In this document: piece after piece, positions 1 through 10,808 of the stretch
Numbering within the stretch: the stretch's first letter is position 1
Layout of the letters: each line of letters begins with the position of its first letter
From: an uncultured bacterium
Lineage (GTDB): Bacteria; Krumholzibacteriota; Krumholzibacteriia; JACNKJ01
Assembly (NCBI GenBank): GCA_963695095.1
Contig: CAVOFT010000001.1
Span: 512,001 to 576,000 of the forward strand
Reading direction: 5' to 3'
Length of the DNA stretch: 64,000 nt
The notes under the pieces: generated by a model
What the model saw: the letters and a program-made list of their open reading frames with translations, nothing else
Database searches by the model: none
What the model was told of the DNA's origin: nothing
Made by a program: the position numbers and the translations under genes

Positions 1-1
1 C

Positions 2-649
2 AGCCAGGTGGTGGTGGACGCCAAGACGCCGCTGGAGGCCTACCTCAAGGCGCTCGAGACCGACGACGACGCTGCGCGCGCCGGCCATCTCGCCGATCAT
101 GCCCGGCAGGTGCGCGAGCACGTGCGCAAGCTCTCCGGCAAGGCCTACCAGGGGCAGCTAGCGGCCAGTCCCGAGTTCACGGTGATGTTCCTGCCCAGCG
201 AGAGCATCTTCTACGCAGCGCTGGAGAAGGACCCCGGCCTCATCGAGAGCGGCGTCGATCAGAAGGTGCTGCTGGCCACGCCGACCACGCTGATCGCCCT
301 GCTGCGCGCGGTGCACTACGGCTGGCAGCAGCAGTCCCTGGCCGAGAACGCGGCGCGGATCAGCGATCTCGGCCGCGATCTCTACGAGCGCATGGGCACC
401 CTGGCCGAGCACTTCGCGGACCTGGGCAAGAAGATCGGCGGCAGCGTGGACGCCTACAACCGGGCCGTGGGCACGCTCGAGCGCCGCGTGCTACCCACCG
501 CGCGCAAGTTCCCCGAGCTGAGCGTGCGCAGCAGCAAGGACGTCGCCCTGCTCGAGAGCCTCGACACCGCCGTGCGGCCGCTGCAGGCACCGGAGCTGAA
601 TGGGGAGGTTGGTCCGGACGGGCCAGGCGGTGCGGACGGCCAGGCGTGA
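2..649 (+). CDS. rmuC: DNA recombination protein RmuC (5' truncated by window edge)
   Basis: VVDAKTPL, PEFTVMFLPSE, LATPTTLIALLRAVHYGWQQ and YNRAVGTLERRVLP are typical RmuC C-terminal motifs. Confidence 0.93.
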   Translation, partial: SQVVVDAKTPLEAYLKALETDDDAARAGHLADHARQVREHVRKLSGKAYQGQLAASPEFTVMFLPSESIFYAALEKDPGLIESGVDQKVLLATPTTLIALLRAVHYGWQQQSLAENAARISDLGRDLYERMGTLAEHFADLGKKIGGSVDAYNRAVGTLERRVLPTARKFPELSVRSSKDVALLESLDTAVRPLQAPELNGEVGPDGPGGADGQA

Positions 650-658
650 GGGCCTAGG

Positions 659-1609
659 CTAGTCCACGGCCTCGGCCGCCAGCCGCCCATAGCGATAGAG
701 CACTGCCGGCACGCCCTCGCGCTCCTCGCTGATCGTGAAGTAGGCGTTGCCGTCCGGCGCCCAGGCGACGGCCTCGCCCTGCGGCTCGGGGGTGTAGGGC
801 AGGCGCTCGTAGTTGCCGCCGAGGAGCGCCGCATCCAGCCGCTCGCCCGGCTCGCGGCGGGCCAGATAGATCGCCGCGTAGGTCTTGAGCAGGATGGCGT
901 CGCCCGCGGGGCTCACATCGCCGCCCACCACGCCGCTCAGCTCGAGTTGCCCGCAGGCTTCCATCGTGACCACCCGGTCCGTGTACTGCGGGTACGCCGC
1001 GCGGTAGAGCAAGACCGCCTTCTCCTGCTTCGTCACGATGTAGAGGTCGCGGCTCAGCGGATCGAGAAGGAGGGTCTCGGCGTTCCGCGGCCGGTCGGGA
1101 TAGCGCAGGCGAAGCGCATCCACGCCGGCGAGCGCGCTCGCAATCGGTGCCTGCCCCGCGGTCACCTGCGGCTCGGGCACGCGGTAGACCGTCTTCGTCT
1201 CGCGATGGGCCAGGTTGTCGCCGATGTCCGCGAGGTAGAGGTACTGGCGGCCCTGCTGGGGGCCCGGCCCGATCGCGATGTCCTCCCAATCCACCGCCTC
1301 GGCGCCCAGGAGCTGGTAGACGCCCAGGTGCTCACCCCGCAGGCCGAGGGCGAAGACGCGCGGCTTATCCCCCGAGTCGTTGTGGGCCCAGAGCACGCCG
1401 GGGTTCATGCGGCTGGCGACCAGGCCCGAGGCCTCCTTCAAGTCCTCGCAGCCGGCGAGCCCCGCCGTCTCCCGTTCGCCGAAGCCCTGGGCTGCCGCGC
1501 GCTTGATCTGGAAGCGAGGCTGCTCACGGCAGCCGCCGCCGACGAGCGGCGCGGCGAGCAGGATGAGCAGGGCGAGGCGCGGAGCGCGGAGGCCGAGGAT
1601 GGTGCGCAT
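659..1609 (-). CDS. Putative lipoprotein, beta-propeller/esterase-phytase-like hypothetical
   Basis: Hydrophobic N-terminus ending GGGC; motifs EASGLVASR, LWAHNDSGD, DWEDIA, ADIGDN, PQGEAVAW. Confidence 0.6.
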   Translation of the reverse strand: MRTILGLRAPRLALLILLAAPLVGGGCREQPRFQIKRAAAQGFGERETAGLAGCEDLKEASGLVASRMNPGVLWAHNDSGDKPRVFALGLRGEHLGVYQLLGAEAVDWEDIAIGPGPQQGRQYLYLADIGDNLAHRETKTVYRVPEPQVTAGQAPIASALAGVDALRLRYPDRPRNAETLLLDPLSRDLYIVTKQEKAVLLYRAAYPQYTDRVVTMEACGQLELSGVVGGDVSPAGDAILLKTYAAIYLARREPGERLDAALLGGNYERLPYTPEPQGEAVAWAPDGNAYFTISEEREGVPAVLYRYGRLAAEAVD

Positions 1610-1641
1610 GGACTCAAGCTAGCGCAGTTGGCCGCCGCTCG

Positions 1642-2529
1642 CTAGGGGGCGGCGCGGCGCGCCAGGCGCAGCGCCTTCGTCTTCGGGTGCGCTTGCAGGT
1701 CGAAGACCTGGGTGATGTTCTCCGCGTGGCGGCGCCCGCCGTGGTCGCCGGGCAGGCGTGGGAAGCCGGGGTCGACGAGGATGGCGTCCAGCTCCCGACC
1801 GCGCGCGCGATGATCGGCGCAGCGCTCCCAGGTCTCCTCGAGATAGGCGCGCTGGCCGTCCAGAGCGTCGGCGCCGGCGAGGATGCCGTGGCCGGGCACG
1901 ACGATCTTCGGCTCGAAGCCGCGCAGGAGCTTGAGCGCCCGGATCCACGCCGGCACGTTCGCGTGCGTGAGGAAGGGATAGCGGCCCAGGAAGAGCAGGT
2001 CCGAGGCGAAGAGCACGCCGTCGTCCGGCAGCCAGAGCACGCTGAGGTCCGGCGTGTGCCCGCCCAGGTGGTGGAACTCCAGGCGCCGGCCGCCGAAGTT
2101 CAGGCGCTTGCGCTTGACGAAGGTCTCCGTGGGCGGCGTCACGCGCAGGTCGGTCAGGGCCTCGCAGTAGCGCTCGGCGCCGGCAGGGTCGCTCGCGGCC
2201 AGCTCGGCCAGCCACTGCTCACGCGCCTGGGCGGACCAGGGGCCGTCCAGCATCTCCTGCATCAACTCGGCGCAGCGCCGCTGCCCGAGGATTCGTGAGT
2301 GTACGAGCTGGTTGCCCCAGGTGTGATCGGCGTGGAAGTGGGTGTTGAAGGTGAGCGAGATGTCGCTCAGACACACGCCCTGGGCATCGAGGGCGCCGAG
2401 CAGCTCCAGGGCGCAGAAGGCGGTGTCGATGAGCAGCCAGCCGTCGGCGTCGCCCACGAGGCCCAGGTTTGCTCCGGCCTCCGGTCTGAGGCAGGCGTGG
2501 ACGCCCGGCCGCAGTTCGATCCAGTTCAT
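1642..2529 (-). CDS. MBL-fold metallo-hydrolase (cyclase-like)
   Basis: THFHADHTWGN (HxHxDH), GGHT, LFASDL, VVPGHG; ATG at 2529 with GAGGTG SD. Confidence 0.88.
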   Translation of the reverse strand: MNWIELRPGVHACLRPEAGANLGLVGDADGWLLIDTAFCALELLGALDAQGVCLSDISLTFNTHFHADHTWGNQLVHSRILGQRRCAELMQEMLDGPWSAQAREQWLAELAASDPAGAERYCEALTDLRVTPPTETFVKRKRLNFGGRRLEFHHLGGHTPDLSVLWLPDDGVLFASDLLFLGRYPFLTHANVPAWIRALKLLRGFEPKIVVPGHGILAGADALDGQRAYLEETWERCADHRARGRELDAILVDPGFPRLPGDHGGRRHAENITQVFDLQAHPKTKALRLARRAAP

Positions 2530-2629
2530 GGCGCACCTCACGACGAGTCCGATCCCCGCCCCCCGGCAGCATGAGCTTAGACCTTATGGATCTCGCTGGC
2601 AAGGATTGCCGACGGTCGGAGCCGGCCGC

Positions 2630-2974
2630 TCAGAAGGGCGCGACGCGGGGCTGCCACTGGTAGCGTGCGAGCGGCACGCGTCCGGCAGCGCTCAGCTCGA
2701 CGCCCTCGGCGGCCAGGCGCAGGCGCTGCTCGATCCCGCCAGCGCCTTCCAGGCTGAGCTTGCCGCCCGCCCCGAGTACGCGATGCCAGGGCAGGCTGCG
2801 CCCCGCCGGCGTCTTGTCGAGGGCGTAGCCCACCTGCCGCGCGTGGCCGGGCAGGCCCGCGAGGGCCGCGATTTGCCCGTAGGTGGCCACGCGCCCCCTG
2901 GGGATCCGCTTCACGACGGCGTAGATGCGCTCGTAGCTGGGGTGGCGCTGGGTATCGGACTGACGCGGAGCCAT
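2630..2974 (-). CDS. Alkyltransferase-like protein (ATL, MGMT family)
   Basis: IPRGRVATYGQIA...ARQVGYAL...LPWHRV; Trp replaces the catalytic Cys of PCHRV. Confidence 0.9.
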   Translation of the reverse strand: MAPRQSDTQRHPSYERIYAVVKRIPRGRVATYGQIAALAGLPGHARQVGYALDKTPAGRSLPWHRVLGAGGKLSLEGAGGIEQRLRLAAEGVELSAAGRVPLARYQWQPRVAPF

Positions 2975-3009
2975 GGCGGGAATCTAGCGCCTGTCGCCGT
3001 AGCTGCCAA
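2975..3009 (-). promoter_or_regulatory. sigma70-type promoter, leaderless (ATL gene)
   Basis: Minus strand TTGGCA-N17-TAGATT-N6-ATG, no SD. Confidence 0.6.
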
Positions 3010-3107
3010 GTCGGCGCTGGGACCGCAGGGTCCGCCGGCACGCCCATTGACGGTGAAGGGCGGTGGGTGCATTTTCAGCCCAAACTCCAGCCAGGGGGAC
3101 GCCCGCC

Positions 3108-5093
3108 ATGGCCAGCCGCACGCCGCAGAACCTCGTCGAGAAGATCGCCCAGCGCTTCGCCTTCGGCCTCGAGCCGGGGGCCACCGTGCGCGCGGGCGAC
3201 TTCCTCTCCATCAAGCCCGCGCACGTGATGACTCACGACAACACGGGCGCCGTGATCCCCAAGTTCAAGGAGATCGGCGCGGCGAAGCTCGCCGACCCGC
3301 GCCAGGTGGTGATCACGCTCGACCACAACGTGCAGGACCGCAGCGAGAAGAACCTGGCCAAGTACGCGGGCATCGAGGCCTTCGCGGCGAGCATGGGCGC
3401 GGACTTCTACCCGGCCGGCCGCGGCATCGGCCACCAGATCATGTGCGAGGAGGGCTACGCCTGGCCGGGCACGATGGCGGTGGCCTCCGACAGCCACTCG
3501 AACATGTACGGCGGGCTGGGCTGCCTCGGCACGCCCATCGTGCGCACGGACGCGGCGGCGATCTGGGCGACGGGCCGCACCTGGTGGCAGGTGCCGCCGG
3601 TGGCGCGCGTCACGCTGACGGGCCGGCTGCGCAAGGGCGTGACCGGCAAGGACGTCATCATCGCCCTGGCGGGGCACTTCAACAAGGACGAGGTGCTGAA
3701 CCACGCCATCGAGTTCACCGGCGACGGCACGGCCACCCTGCCCATCGACTATCGCCTCGCCATCGCCAACATGACCACCGAGTGGGGCGCCCTGGTCGGG
3801 CTCTTCCCCGTGGACCCGGTCACGCTCCACTGGCTGCACGCGCGGGCCGAGTTCATCGCGAAGCGCGGCCTCGCGGGCCTGCCCTCGGATGCGGACGGCA
3901 AGGGCCAGCACCCGCGCCTGAACAAGGCACGCATCGATGCCCTGGCCGCGGCCCTGCCGGTCGCCGATCCGGACGCGCATTACGCCATCGAACTCGGCCT
4001 GGATCTGGCGAGCGTCGAGCCCCATGTCTCCGGCCCGCATCACGTGAAGGTGATGCGGCCCGTGAGCAGCTTCGCCGCCCAGCCGCTCAAGATCGACAAG
4101 GCCTACCTCGTCTCCTGCGTCAACAGCCGGGTCGAGGACCTCGCCGAAGCCGCGCGCGTGATCCGCGGCAAGCAGGTGGCCGCCGGCGTCGAGTTCTACA
4201 TCGCCGCGGCGAGCAGCGAGGTGCAGGCCGAGAGCGAGCGGCGCGGCGACTGGCAGGCCCTCGTCGCCGCCGGCGCCAAGGCGCTGCCGCCGGGCTGCGG
4301 GCCCTGCATCGGGCTCGGCGTGGGCCTCCTGGAGGACGGCGAGGTGGGCATCAGCGCCACCAACCGCAACTTCAAGGGCCGCATGGGCAGCGCCAAGGCG
4401 GAGGCCTATCTCGCGAGCCCCGCCGTGGTGGCGGCCAGCGCCGTCGCCGGCCAGGTGGCGATGCCGCCCGGCCTCGACTACGCGGGCGCCGCGCCGGTGG
4501 CCACGCTCAGCGCGCCGAAGCCCGTCGCCGCGGCGAGCGCAGCCGTCACCGTGCTGCCGGGCTTTCCCGCTCGCATCGAGGGCGAGCTGCTCTGGTGCCC
4601 CGCCGACAACCTGAACACGGACGGCATCTACCCGGGCAAGTACACCTACCAGGACGACTTCACGCCGGCCCAGCAGGCCGCCGTTGCGATGGAGAATTAC
4701 GACCCGGCCTTCCAGCAGCTCGCCAAGGAGGGCGACCTGCTCGTCGGCGGCTTCAACTTCGGCAGCGGTTCGAGCCGCGAGCAGGCGGCCACGGCGCTCA
4801 AGTACCGCGGCATCCGCCTCGTGCTGGCCGGCTCCTTCAGCGAGACTTACAAGCGCAATGCGCTGAACAACGGCTTCCTCGTGCTCGACGCGCCCGAGCT
4901 GGCGCGTGACCTCAAGGCGCGCTTCGGCGCGGAGAAGCCCACCGTGCGCACGGGCCTGGCCGCCCGGCTCGACGTGGCGGCCTCGACCCTGACCGTGGCG
5001 GGGAAAGCCTATGCGCTCGGCCCCATCGGCCCGGCGGCGCAGGAACTCGTGCTGGCCGGCGGCCTCGAGGAGTGGGTGAAAGCACGGCTCTAG
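3108..5093 (+). CDS. lysF: Homoaconitase, single-chain (fungal Lys4/LysF type)
   Basis: GRGIGHQIMCEEGYAWPG, ASDSHSNMYGGLG, GTPIVRTDAAAIWATGRTWWQVPP, Fe-S ligands SCVNSR and GCGPCIG, fused swivel domain NLNTDGIYPGKY and NFGSGSSREQAA. Confidence 0.88.
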   Translation: MASRTPQNLVEKIAQRFAFGLEPGATVRAGDFLSIKPAHVMTHDNTGAVIPKFKEIGAAKLADPRQVVITLDHNVQDRSEKNLAKYAGIEAFAASMGADFYPAGRGIGHQIMCEEGYAWPGTMAVASDSHSNMYGGLGCLGTPIVRTDAAAIWATGRTWWQVPPVARVTLTGRLRKGVTGKDVIIALAGHFNKDEVLNHAIEFTGDGTATLPIDYRLAIANMTTEWGALVGLFPVDPVTLHWLHARAEFIAKRGLAGLPSDADGKGQHPRLNKARIDALAAALPVADPDAHYAIELGLDLASVEPHVSGPHHVKVMRPVSSFAAQPLKIDKAYLVSCVNSRVEDLAEAARVIRGKQVAAGVEFYIAAASSEVQAESERRGDWQALVAAGAKALPPGCGPCIGLGVGLLEDGEVGISATNRNFKGRMGSAKAEAYLASPAVVAASAVAGQVAMPPGLDYAGAAPVATLSAPKPVAAASAAVTVLPGFPARIEGELLWCPADNLNTDGIYPGKYTYQDDFTPAQQAAVAMENYDPAFQQLAKEGDLLVGGFNFGSGSSREQAATALKYRGIRLVLAGSFSETYKRNALNNGFLVLDAPELARDLKARFGAEKPTVRTGLAARLDVAASTLTVAGKAYALGPIGPAAQELVLAGGLEEWVKARL

Positions 5094-5289
5094 GCCTCGG
5101 CCCGGCGCATCGCGCTCCTCTCGCCGAGCATGTCGATGACCTCGTTGCCCAGCGGCGGCAGCGCGTGCTGAGGGCCACGGCCGGTCGGCCACAGCGGGAA
5201 CCCGCCCCCGGGGGCGGAGTTGACCCGGGGCCTTCCCGCCGCCTATGCTCCCGCCATCCTGCCTCCGCCAACTTCCGAAGGAGCCCCCC

Positions 5290-6282
<993 letters not shown>

Positions 6283-6310
6283 TCCCTCCCGCCGTCGAGC
6301 AAGGAGCGCC

Positions 6311-6814
6311 ATGTACCGCAGGATCGAGGATTTCGAGAAGGCCTTCGCCGCCAACAGCGAGGCCACGGGCAAGGTCTTCGCCGCCCTCACGGACGCCAGC
6401 CTGGGCCAGGCCGTGGGCGAGGGCTATCGCACGCTGGGCCAGCTCGCCTGGCACCTCGTCACCAGCTATGCGGAGATGATGCCCCGCACGGGTCTCACCG
6501 TGAAGAGCGTCGACGACAAGAGCCTGCCACCGGCGAGCGCGGAGGCGATCCGCGCCGGCTACGCGGCCGTGACCAAGGAGCTTGGCGCGGCGATCAAGGC
6601 CGACTGGAACGATGCCGCCCTCGCGGTGGTCGATGACATGTACGGCGAGCAGTGGCCGCGCGGACTGACCCTGAGCATCCTGCTCAACCATGAGATCCAC
6701 CACCGCGGCCAGATGACGGTGCTCATGCGCCAGGCCGGGCTCCCGGTGCCGGGGGTGATGGGGCCGAGCAAGGAGGAGTGGTCCGCCTACGGCATGGAGG
6801 CGCCGCCCTACTAG
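6311..6814 (+). CDS. DinB family protein
   Basis: LAWHL and HEIHHRGQMTVLMRQAG histidine motifs; AAGGAG SD. Confidence 0.9.
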   Translation: MYRRIEDFEKAFAANSEATGKVFAALTDASLGQAVGEGYRTLGQLAWHLVTSYAEMMPRTGLTVKSVDDKSLPPASAEAIRAGYAAVTKELGAAIKADWNDAALAVVDDMYGEQWPRGLTLSILLNHEIHHRGQMTVLMRQAGLPVPGVMGPSKEEWSAYGMEAPPY

Positions 6815-6938
6815 CCATCGGGCCGGCGCGCAGCGAGGGCCTTGTGCCGCGCTGCCGTGTCCGGCCTGCCGTCGTCCGGTCGCATTGCCGGTAGCTGCCG
6901 CCTGCGCTATACTCATTTCCGACCCGGGAGGTGCGGAG

Positions 6939-9900
6939 ATGATGAAGGCGCAGGCGGTGCTTTTTTGCCTGCTGGTCGCCGGAGCGACGCCGGCAACGGC
7001 AGCGACGATTCACGTTCCCTCTCAGCAACCCAGCATCCAGGCCGGCATCGATGCGGCAGCGAGCGGCGACACCGTGCTCGTCGCACCCGGCACCTACACG
7101 GGCAGCGACAATCGCAGCCTGGAGCTGCGCGGATGCGACATCGCCGTCATCGGCGAGCAGGGCGCCGCCGCGACGACGATCTGGTGCAGCGGCATTGGCC
7201 GCGCGTTCTTCATTCATGAGGGCGAGACAGCGGCGGCGCTCGTCCAGGGCTTCACGCTGCGGGCGGGTGCCGGGGGCGTCAGCCCGGCGGCCGCGGGCGG
7301 CGCAATCCGGGTCGTCGGCGCTTCGCCCAGCTTCCGCGATCTGGTCATCAGGGAGTGCAGCTCGCCCTCCTGGGGCGGCGGCATCCATTTCTACCAGTCC
7401 TCGTCGACCCTGGCGGACATCGTTCTCGAGGAAAACCACGCCACGAACCACGGCGGCGCGATCTCCTGCGAGGAATCGACACTGCAGCTCAGCGACATCG
7501 TCTGCCTGGGCAACGACGCCACGAACAGCGGCTCGAACTACGGCGGCGGCATCTATCTGCTCGAATCCACGGTGAACGCCGTGCGCCTGACGGTGGCCGG
7601 CAACAGCGCGGAGTTCGGCGCGGGCATTTTCGCGGATTACTACGGCCATCTGAACCTGGCCGAGAGCTTGGTGGCCTTCAACGTTCTGGGTGACGGCATC
7701 TACCGCCGCGCCAATGCGAGCGCTGCGCTCACGTGCTGCGACGTCTTCGGCAACGAGGACGGCGACTTCGCCGGCTCGATGGTCGATCCGACCGGCACCG
7801 ACGGCAACTTCTCGCTCGATCCCTGGTTCTGCGATCTGGCCGGCGGGGACATCGAACTCGACGCCGCCTCGCCCTGCTTGCCGGCGAACAACGACTGCGG
7901 CCTCCAGATCGGCGCGCGCGGGCTGGGCTGCGCCCTGCCCCACGTCCAGATCGCCGGCACGATTCGCGACGAGTCGGCGCAACCCATCGGCGGCGTGGAG
8001 ATCGGCGGCCTGCCGTACCTGACGCCGATGACCGATGTCGCGGGGAACTACGCCATCGATCTGCTCGCTGGCTGGAGCGGCACGCTCACACCGATTCACC
8101 CGGCCTACAGCTTCGTGCCGGCCTCGCGCAGTTATGCGAGCATCGTCACCGATCAGCTTGGACAGGACTACGCCGGCGCGCACGCCACTACCCATCGGGT
8201 GCCCGAGGATTACACGACGATTGCGGCGGCTCTCGCGGCCTGTTTGCCCGGCGACACGGTGCTCATCGCACCCGGCACCTACACGGGAAGCGGCAACTAG
8301 CGGATTGACACTGCCGGCATGCGACATCGTGATGCTCGGCACCGGAGGCTCTGAGCAGACCAGTTCTAGACTGCGATCTGCGAGGCCGCGGCCTCGTGGT
8401 GGGGGGCGGACAGACGCCAGCGACCCTGATCGCCGGGCTGACGATTCGCCGTGGCTACACCACGGGTGTGGCGACGGCCGCCGGCGCCGGACTCCGCATC
8501 ATCGACGCATCGCCCACGCTGCGCGACCTACGCGTGGAGGACTGCATCGCGTGGAACTGGGGCGGAGGCATCCATCTCTACGCTTCCGCGACGGCGGCTC
8601 GAGGATATCATCATCGCGGGCTGCTACGCTCGCACCTACGGCGGCGGGGTCTCGATGAGCGAGTCGAGCCCGGTGCTGCGCCGGGTGCTCGTGCACGACA
8701 ACAGGGCGGGGGACTGGGGTGGTGGGCCTCTACTGCCTCGATTCCTCACCCGTCATCGAGTCTTGCACGGTGGTCGCCAATGACGGGCCCGCGGGCGGTG
8801 CGGCGTCTGGCTCTTGCGGGAGGCAATCCCCAGATCGTGGCGAGTGTGATTGCCTTCAACGGCGTGACGCCCAGCGAGGGAGGCATCCATCGGACTGCAG
8901 CCCGGCGCCGGCACTCTCGATCACTTGCAGCGACGTCTGGGCCAACGCGGGCGACGCCTACACGGGCACGCTGGCGGGCTTCACTGGCGAGGGGATGCTA
9001 GCCGCCGATCCCTCTCTTCTGCGATCTGGCCGCAGGGGATTGGCATCTGCATGCGGACTCCCCCTGCCTCGCGAGCGGTAACGGCTGTTCCGTGCAGATG
9101 GGGGCGCTGGGGCAGGGCTGCGCGACGCCGCTCTACGAGATTGCCGGCGACGTCTGCACTGAGAATGCTCTTCCGATTCCGGGGACGGCGGTCCAGGGAC
9201 TGCCGGTGCCACTCTGGGCGAATGAGGATGGCCGCTACAGCGTGCCACCTGCCGGCAGGCTGGAGCGGCACCCTCGAGCCCCGAGCACACGAGCTGGCTC
9301 TTTTCGCCCACCCAGCGGACCTATACCGCCCTGGCCGCCGATCATTTGAATGACGACTACCTCGCCGTCCACCCCACGCAGATCAGGTGATCCCGACGGA
9401 CATCGCCACGATCCAGGCCGGCTTGGACTTCGCCCAGGCGGGGGACACGATCACGGTGCTGCCCGGCGTGCACGAGGTCTCCGAAATCGTCAGCGGCTTC
9501 CTCGATTTCGCAGGGCAAGGCCGTACTCCTGCGCTCTTCGGGTGGCCCGGAGGTGACGACGCTCACCAGTTGGGAATGCTGCATCCGCTTCGCGAGCGGA
9601 GAGGGCCCGAGCTCCATTGTGGAGGGCTTCACGGTGAGCGGATCCTGGAGCCCGCACTTCAGCGGCATCCAGTGCACGAACGGCAGTTCGCCGACGCTAC
9701 GGAACCTGGTGTTCACCGAGAACTCCACCGGGCTGAGGCTCGATTCGGGTGCCAGTCCGCACGGTCACGAACTCGCTGTTCACCGGCAACGGCAATTACA
9801 GCGGTGCTGGCCTGCAATGCGAAGGCTCGGCACCGACCTTCGTGAGTTGCGAATTCGCGCAGAACAGTGCCTTCATGGGTGCGGCCGTTTTCAGCTACTG

Positions 9901-10808
9901 ACGGCAGCCCGCGCTTCCTCGGCTGCACTTTCCGCCAGAACGCGGTGACCGCAGGCTGGGTGGATGAAGGCGGATACTGGAGCGATGGTCGAGGTGGGGC
10001 AGTCTTGTGCTGCTGGGGCGGGTTCGGCTCGCTTCGAGGATTGCCTCTTCTACGGCAATGGCGCAGAGTAGCAGCTACGGCCGGCCCGGATACGGCGGCG
10101 CCGGTTACTTCAGCTATGGCGCGAGCCCGGAGTTCAGCCGCTGCACCTTCGTCGCCAACGGCGCCGACACGCAGGGCGGCACCATCTTCGTCGAGAATGC
10201 CGCGCCGCGCTTCGAGGACTGCATCGTCGCCTTTGCGCGCAGCGCGGGCGAGGGATCTTCGACGCCAGGCGGGACGAGCGCCGTCCAGGTCGTCTGCTCG
10301 GACGTCTTCGGGAACGCGGGCGGCGACTACCTGGGTAGCCTGCCCGATCAGACCGGGCTGAGCGGCAACATCGCGGCCGATCCGCGCTTCTGCGACCTGG
10401 CCGGCGGCGACTTCACGCTCGAGTCCAGCTCGCCCTGCCTGCCGGCGTACAACAGCTGCGGCGTGCAAATGGGGGCCTTCGGCGAGGGCTGCGCCAGGGG
10501 GAACGGCCGCCGGCGGCGAGCTGCCGCAGCGCGTCACCCTGGCGCAGAACCACCCCAATCCCTTCAACCCGAGCACGAGCATCCGCTTCGGATTGCCGGT
10601 CGCCGCCTCTGTCACCCTGGAGATCTTCGACGTCGCCGGCCGCCGGGTGACAGCGCTGCTCGACCAGGCGACGCTGCCCGCGGGCTGGCATGAGGTGGTT
10701 TGGAACGGCCGCGATGGCGCGGGTGCGGAGGCCGCCAGCGGCATTTATCTCCTTCGCATGAGCACGGGCAAGACCGAACTCCGCCGCAAGCTGACCCTGC
10801 TCCGCTAG
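6939..10808 (+). CDS. Large secreted multi-module right-handed beta-helix protein with C-terminal FlgD-Ig/T9SS-like domain; multiple frameshifts after 8298
   Basis: Signal peptide. Three modules begin (V/I)Px(Q/D)xx(S/T)I(Q/A)A...GDT(V/I), with GG(A/G)I beta-helix turns, and end DPxFCDLAxGD...SPCL...C..Q.GA.G.GC. Two Ig-like spacers. Terminal QNHPNPFNPST...IFDVAGRRV...WNGRD...ASGIY...LTLLR. Pieces are spread over all three + frames. Confidence 0.72.

Noticed and set aside
2630..2974. Active O6-methylguanine methyltransferase (ogt)
   Set aside because: PWHRV lacks the acceptor Cys; it is an ordinary ATL protein
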